A stretch of DNA of 64,000 bases. Source: Botryllus schlosseri. Its lineage: Eukaryota. Shown one piece after another: positions 23,005 to 64,000 of this stretch; within the stretch, counting starts at the first letter, position 1, and every line of letters begins with the position of its first letter. The notes beneath the pieces were generated by a model that was not told the DNA's origin, did no database searches, and saw nothing but the letters and a program-made list of their open reading frames with translations. Made by a program: the position numbers and the translations under genes. The stretch covers positions 6,820,001 through 6,884,000 of the forward strand of contig CM119383.1 of the NCBI GenBank assembly GCA_051294905.1, in the 5' to 3' direction.

Positions 23005-24291
23005 CCGTAAACCGGGGTAACTTTGGACAATTTTCAACAATTCTGCTTTGTATCTCGGAAATGCTGGGGTGTAGGGGGGGCAAGTTTTGTGTTTTTTAGG
23101 GGTCATGGAGCATAGATTAGAATTACCCAATCCAAAATCTTCATGGTCATAAATAAGTAGGGCCTACCATATTTTTGTAAATTATCCGTGTCCAAAGTTA
23201 TCCCTGCATGTGGGGTAACTTTGGACAATGTAGTTTTTTGTATGCCAATACACTCAATTGTTTATGAAACCTCGTAAATGAGGCTTATTTGGTAAGAGTT
23301 GATGAGAGCAGTGGCAAAAACTGAAACAAAATAGTATATGTCTGGCCTATTGCATGATATTTACCTAATCCCCCCCCCCAAAAAAAAAGTATATAGGCCT
23401 GGTAGTTTATGAATGCTAATGGACTCTTATCTCAATTTTCCCTCATGCCTTCGCCAATTGGAACTTATAAATAACGTATGGTGATAAGGGGTATCCCACT
23501 GGCAGTGTCAGCAATCGACAGTGAACGTTAATGTGATTTATTGCCGATTTCAAATATATTACTGTTCTTTAAAAGATACACTTTCCCTTTCCTATCTCCT
23601 CTGATGGATATATTTGTCGTAATTTACGATATCCCATATTTAGCAGGCGCATCTTTAGGAGTATGTGATAAGTTTTTGAAGTAGCTTACACCGGATTACA
23701 ATCTCTCAGCTCATTGCCGACCAATTTTTTAATATTTTGGGAAACTCTTATTTATTAACCTTCTCATTCCATTTTAAAAAGCCATCAGACCGGTAATAAG
23801 GAATATAGTTGACCATACACTTTGACACAGATGAAGCAGCCACTTTCCAGAGCTCTAAATATCACATTTTCCATTGTCCAAAGTTACCCCGTTCTGATAA
23901 AATTTGACGGGGTAACTTTGGACATCACATTTTCTTGTATTGATCTGAGGATGAGCCCACTGAGATTTTTGCCATGGATTAAGACTGCTTAGAGGTATCT
24001 GCTACCAAGTTTTCAATCGATGAATCACATGCTATCTATGTTTGGTTGTAAGAAGTTTAATGGTCATTAATTTTGATGAAATTGACCCCCGCCATTAATT
24101 TATCAATGTTGGGTCAAGTTTATCTGGTAGTGAAATGAATTCACCTTCTATTGAGACTACTTGTGGTACTGTTGCCACATGAAAAAGAATTGGACATCCA
24201 ACGGCAACCCTTTTCCATCAATAACCATTTAAATCTTTCACTGCTTAGTGTCCAAAGTTACCCTCAAGTCCAAAGTTACCCCGGTTTACGG
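23005..24291 (-). mobile_element. Decayed Tc1/mariner-superfamily (pogo-like) DNA transposon
   Basis: 24-bp TIRs CCGTAAACCGGGGTAACTTTGGAC ... GTCCAAAGTTACCCCGGTTTACGG, flanked by TA on both sides (23003-04, 24292-93); internal CCAAAGTTACCC repeats. Frameshifted minus-strand remnant HINVHC / IADTASG / YPLSPYVIYK resembles the pogo DDE motif (HVTV..CxSAxG..LPPxxIYK). Confidence 0.85.
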
Positions 24292-25960
24292 TACGTCCTT
24301 TCCTTTCCTTTATTTGGCGAATAGGCCATAGTATGGTAATTTACCATTCATTTATCGGAAATAAAAGTGGCTCAGATGATAAATGACAAGACCATTCACA
24401 ACAGGTGATGTGACAATGGTCAATGACATTAGCGACGCCATGCCGTTGCAGATAAACATACCAGCGGTACCATATACGGCATACAGCAGATTTCCAAGGT
24501 TGTGATGTAGGCCTAGTATCACCTCAATGGGATAATTATTCAATAATAAGAAATTAAGAATGATGTCCTACTATATAAATCTACAATAAATTTCCCTGAC
24601 AACGACATTCATTCATGAATCACATAAGCAGCCTTGCTCTTGATAACATTCTCAAAATATGCGATATGTGGTACCGTATATATTGCGATCCTTATTATGC
24701 TCAAATTTTCATGAAAGTTTGATATCAAAGTAAATTGAAAGCTGCATGTTTGGTTTTGTTTGAAGAAAACGTACGGTAACATACGGTAATAATATATATA
24801 CATATGCTCACTCGAAGTCTCAACATCCATATTAATGGAAAAAAGTCGCGTATAGTGTAGTTCATAATCAAGTAATTGGACACGTAATATGCAATTATAA
24901 ATACTCAACTATTCGACAACACGATAGCTGCGCAGCTTTGCCTGGTAACAAAACGGATTTTGTGAAGCTACATGACTTCTACATCACCCACCATAACCAA
25001 CTTGCCAAGTCAACAACTCGAGCATGCATTGAAGTGACGTAGAAACTTAAGTATTAACTCACTAGAACTCCCTAAATATGGGTGGAATATACATTATTAC
25101 CGTAACCGTCACATGGCCCTTCGCCACACGACATGTATGTGTATCCATATTGACGTAACGTAATAATCAGACCGTATCCAAAGGCGTTCTCAACTCCGGG
25201 TAACTGAGAAATAAATACCATTCTTTTCGGCCCATTTACATTGGTTTAATCAACCCCTCTCTCTCTATACAGGTTAAAAAGCTCGACAGGAGCCGAGATA
25301 TTTAAATGATCAAGCTATAGCGATATAATGACATCAAAATATCGACTGCTCGACAAGTTCTTAGCATGGAGGTCTTGCTAACGTGAATCACGATTCTCGT
25401 CACATAATTTTTTTTTAAATCCATGCTGGCGTTTCAATTTACCCAATGATTTCACACGCCGCCTCATTTATTTCGTAATTTCACATATTTGAAGTCGCTC
25501 ATCTTTTCATCCAGATGTTCATCCTCTATATTCCAACCTATCTAGATCCCTGGCACTTATTTGTACACACCTTGGTCAAGTAATCATTGATGACTGTCAA
25601 GTACAAGTAGCTTTCTTGAAGACATATCAAAACTATTTGAAGCATAAGACCCGTGGTATAAAAGTAGAGGTAGATTTGTTTCAATGCGTAATAGACTTTG
25701 TTAGTCAGCAGCCAGTGACAGCATACGCAAGAATCATCTTAGCAATTAGCACTGACAGAATAATGGCGTCACAAGTAGGTGCAATTCTCCAAATAATATT
25801 TTGTGACACAGGAGCTTCATCGCAAGATTTTAATACGAGCTTCACTCCAAAAGTAAACAAAACGACACTTTCTACTTGAAACTATGCAGCGTAAATTGGT
25901 GAAAGTTGTTTGGCATCAAAAACCGCCTAAGTAGGCCTAGATGTAGAAAGAGCTAGGCCC

Positions 25961-26250
25961 GGGCGAGCTAGAAATTGCCAAGTTTATGTATCAGTTCCAT
26001 TGCGGTCAATGTCCCTCAAATTTCAACGACTACTTCACCTCGGAGACAAAAGCGCACAAGTACAGCACACGCGCGTCATCGAGGAACAACTACCATATGA
26101 TCAGGACTGAATACAAGAAAACGCATTGCTCTATCAAGTATCTCGGACCCCAATTAATTGTGGAACAGCATCTCGCCGGCTATCCGACAGTCGTCGAGCA
26201 TGTCCGCATTGAAGTCGAAATACAAGCAATTTCTTCTAAATCAGTACTAG
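25961..26250 (+). mobile_element. 5'-truncated CR1/L2-type LINE 3' fragment
   Basis: ELEIAKFMYQFHCGQCPSNFNDYFTSETKAHKYSTRASSRNNY...SIKYLGPQ, frameshift, LWNSISPAIRQSSSMSALKSKYKQFLLNQY*. Confidence 0.8.
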
Positions 26251-29200
26251 CCAGTATCCAGGATTACCGGACCACGACCTAACATCGACCTCGCCCTCCG
26301 CCACCTCATTTTGTCGCTGGCGTCTTATATTCTCTGCATTACTTTTCATTCAGTGTGCATGTGCATCTGCCTCATATTTACTTCGCCTAGGCTAAGGTGG
26401 GTGTCTGATCTCTATGGCTACTCAAAATTGTTTCGACACCTTCCTATCTTCTCATTGTATTGCAGTCTTGTGATGTTTTGAAACATGAAAATATTAATAA
26501 ACCTGATTGATGTAAGCGTAATCTGAAATCTTCACCACTTGAGTAAGAAGTGCAGAACCTACCTGATTAATAACAAGGTGTAGTTCATTACTGAACTCCT
26601 GTCTAGGTTGAACAAGTAGCATGCTTCGAATTTTTCGCCCTGAATTGGTGAGAAACTTGAACGAATGTCCGCAGTCAACGATTTCGGTATTCCTAGAGTA
26701 AATTGATGACTGCTGAATGCTAATATTGCAGCATGCGTACATGATTCCCGTTTCCGCGAACTTGCCGAACTGTCCCGTTACCATTAGACTGGAAGATAAT
26801 CCGTTTCTAGAGACGTTGAAAAACTCAACACCGTCCGAAATAATTTCATCATGTCTGATTTATTGCATATACATAAGTTAAATAAAATGATCAGCTAGCT
26901 ATAATACTCCGAAACCAACACAACCCATCACAATGCCCAACCGCATGATGTCACTAGAATATCACGAATCAAGGCACATTCATCCAAATATCACAATGGA
27001 TACATATTAATGTACATCGCCGGCATAAGGAGCTGCCGTTAATCTCATCAAACACAAATTCAACATTAGAACGAAAAGAGAAAATAATATTACCGCATCA
27101 GGTAACGACAACGAGCTAAAGGCAGTCTGCGTTCTGTTATCTACACTCTCGAAAAATGTTTCATATCAAAAGACGTCCACGGCAGGGGAGGGTGAACTTC
27201 TAAAAATTCCATTCAAAAAGTAGGTAACACCATACAGACACAATGTAAAGCGTATGATAAGCAATAACCCTACGTAGGGCGCCGAGAAACGGCCAACAGG
27301 ATGTTATATCAAAATAGAATCGGACTGTCAGAAAAATAGCGGGCATCTACTGTTAGATATATGTTACAGTGTAAAAGAAGTTTGAACACAGAATGCATCA
27401 ACTGCGCCGCATTGCGTCATATTCCTCTTGTGTTTTGGTGTTAGCGTCGTGTAACTGTGGATTAAAAAATACAGCGGCCCCATGATAGCAAAACATTACC
27501 CAACGCAAGAAAATATGAATAATAATGAGAGAACACGATCTTTGTGGTACACGCATGAAGTTATGTCTAGTGTTTGCGACCTGATATGCAATAAGTTCAA
27601 CATCAAAGGCAATGGCATAGACATCGCAATTCATCAATTCAGAAATAAAAAGTGAAACTAGGCCTATCGACGATCATGAACTGTTACTGAGGAATCAATG
27701 TGACTACGTAAAAATAAATCGCGACGCGCCCGCGTTTAGGCAGATGCACTTTGCACTTATAGTCCTGGGATCGTAGAAATAATTTGGGCGGAAGCGAACG
27801 CGAGTTCCCGTTTGGAGCAACGCCGGAAAGTGCTGAAGTCAGAGCGGTGCGTCCAAAGTATGACCGGCCCCCTCAACTTTGAAGATGGTCTTCAAGCTTT
27901 GTCCTCGGGGCCAGAATCATTGGTTGTTATCGATTCTGCGATGCAAGAAGATGTAAACTGCACTGAACAATATTGACACACCGGCTAGCAGTGCGAGAAT
28001 AAAACAACGTAAGATGCAGAAGTAAACGGAAAATGAGTTTGAAAACGTAAAAATGCTACAAATTAAACTACAGAAATATATTGTGGATGGTAAAATTAAC
28101 TACGATCTACCGAAACTGAAGATCATACCCATGCAAACATTGATTTGTGTGCTCAATGAAATTCAGTAAGAGAAAGTACGAATTTATGGTTCGGAAACCA
28201 ACGTAGTTCACATCATCATTGCAGTCATGCTTTACAAATGTGTCTCATATCATCCCATCTACACTAATCTTCAAGTCATTAATCTACCATAATCACTCAG
28301 CGATTGGCTGGGACAGCGTGATTTTGTTTTGCTACATAACTTACATGGTGGAAGTATCTTGTACGATTTCTACCTAAAGTGATTGTTGTTGAACATGAGT
28401 TATTCATATAGGGAAGACCACGAAAGCGTGCAATTATGAAATCGGTAAGCCACAGCCCACTACGAGTAGAGCAATGTGGGGTTTCAAACAGATACGGCAC
28501 TTAACGTTATACAAATTATACTATTTAGTATACGTACATCGTGATATGTATCGTATCAGAAGTTCCAGTTAAATTTTAGAAAATGTGAAAGCAGGTAACA
28601 AACAAGTCCACAGATCAAACGGATAAATGCAATAAATCAACAACAGTGAGACAAGATTGGGTGCATTGGCGATGTAATTTAGAAAATGACAATATCATAC
28701 CTGACTTTGTACAAGGATGGGCTAGGACAATCCTTCTATGGCGGTTAAGTGGGACGCTTATAAAGATACCCACCAATTTTCAAACGCTAAATCTAACAAT
28801 GTACAGAGACCCCATAGAGACAACTTGAAACAGCAGCAAGGCACCATGTGAAATGGTATTGGTATTGTCTCATAAATACAAGTGAAAAATCAAATAAGTT
28901 CATAGCCAGCGAGTTGTTACCTCAAAAAATACCAGTTACTGGCAGACATTGGAAGAGATGATTGCAAAATATAATATGTGACAATATAAGCAACATTGCA
29001 CGTGAATAACCATACAAAACATGGTGAACCAATCGATTATTAAAAATATCCAATCGATAAAACGGTGTTAATTATCGCAAGCTTGGCATTAAATCAAATT
29101 CTTGATAAAATATACAAAATACGTTGCTAGCAACGCGATCATCATCATAACATATCTTGTTAGTCACACAGCAGAAGAACGAGGAATAGTGACGAATTGT

Positions 29201-29352
29201 TATTGCAGACCGACAGATCTAATCCTTAGAATCCGTCAGTAATCGACAATACGGAAGTCAATGATGTTAGTACAAAACAAAATTACAAACTGCGATCGTT
29301 TTTCACGCGAACACGTCAATTTCCAGACTCGTTCAGAAATACCTTTCGTGTT

Positions 29353-63363
<34,011 letters not shown>

Positions 63364-64000
63364 CTGAAAAAATAAAATATTCATTTTAAAAGTTGCTGAT
63401 TATCAACAACATCAAACATTGTTGCTATATAGCTAGATGCTTCATATTCATTTATCTTCGGTTTCGGATACAATAGGCCTACATCGTCGCTGTAAAATTG
63501 GAGTAGGCCTTTCGATTTTTCACACATTAAAAAAATCTGGTTATTGTAATTATTTTTTTTTTGTCATATCTTGGCAATGGTCATCTTTGTTACATTGTTT
63601 CAAACATAGCATCTGATTTCACAGCGACGATATAATAGAGGGTATTTGAACATATATACTCAAACAAGTAATGCCAAATGAATATTATCATTGCAATTTT
63701 TTTCAACAGGCAGAGGCTGCCTATCAAAATAAAGACAACAAGATGTATTCAAATAAGTTCCATTCCCGATGATCAACTACTGCAAACTACACGGTATCAG
63801 CCTTCAATGCATGTTTTTTTATGGATAAAATATTATACCAATCATGTCGGCCCAAGGATCAGTTAAAAAATTATTACATGTTTTATGTGTGACCCTGTAT
63901 GCGTTTGATAACTTATCATTATACAGTACGAGATGTTCAAGAAAATGAACATTTTTAGGGTAGTTTAGAGCAGTTCATCAATTGACACAACACTTTTGCC

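Noticed and set aside
26494-28030. 96-aa minus-strand ORF and a GC-richer patch at 27720-28000
   Set aside because: No domain similarity or linked exons; may be PTP 3' UTR or intergenic.

Overview
Eukaryotic (animal, probably invertebrate) genomic DNA: AT-rich, GT-AG introns from about 57 bp to 2 kb, many MITEs and SINEs. A tunicate-like origin is only a guess from intron size and repeat content. I reconstructed three spliced genes by hand, all on the minus strand. (1) 8138->~1800: a secreted protein with signal peptide, two trefoil (P-type) domains, five thrombospondin type-1 repeats and a Thr/Ser/Pro mucin-like spacer; its 3' end is unresolved. (2) 22097->18025: complete eRF3/GSPT1, 6 coding exons, 563 aa. 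(3) >63363->29353: an R3-subtype receptor tyrosine phosphatase with 37 coding exons in the window (about 2179 aa). It has 15 FN3 repeats, a membrane-proximal domain with an RKKR site, one TM helix, one intact PTP domain and an unusually long acidic tail ending in a PDZ-type motif. The rest is rich in non-autonomous hAT elements with 8-bp TSDs, including a nested cluster at 10.9-16.9 kb. Also present: a decayed pogo-like element, two CR1/L2-type LINE 3' ends, two tRNA-derived SINEs and a near-perfect 248-bp-arm hairpin. No CRISPR, rRNA or bona fide tRNA was seen. The most unusual signals are the trefoil+TSR architecture, the PTP tail with a WH2/GAB-like motif on a symmetric cassette exon, and the long hairpin.
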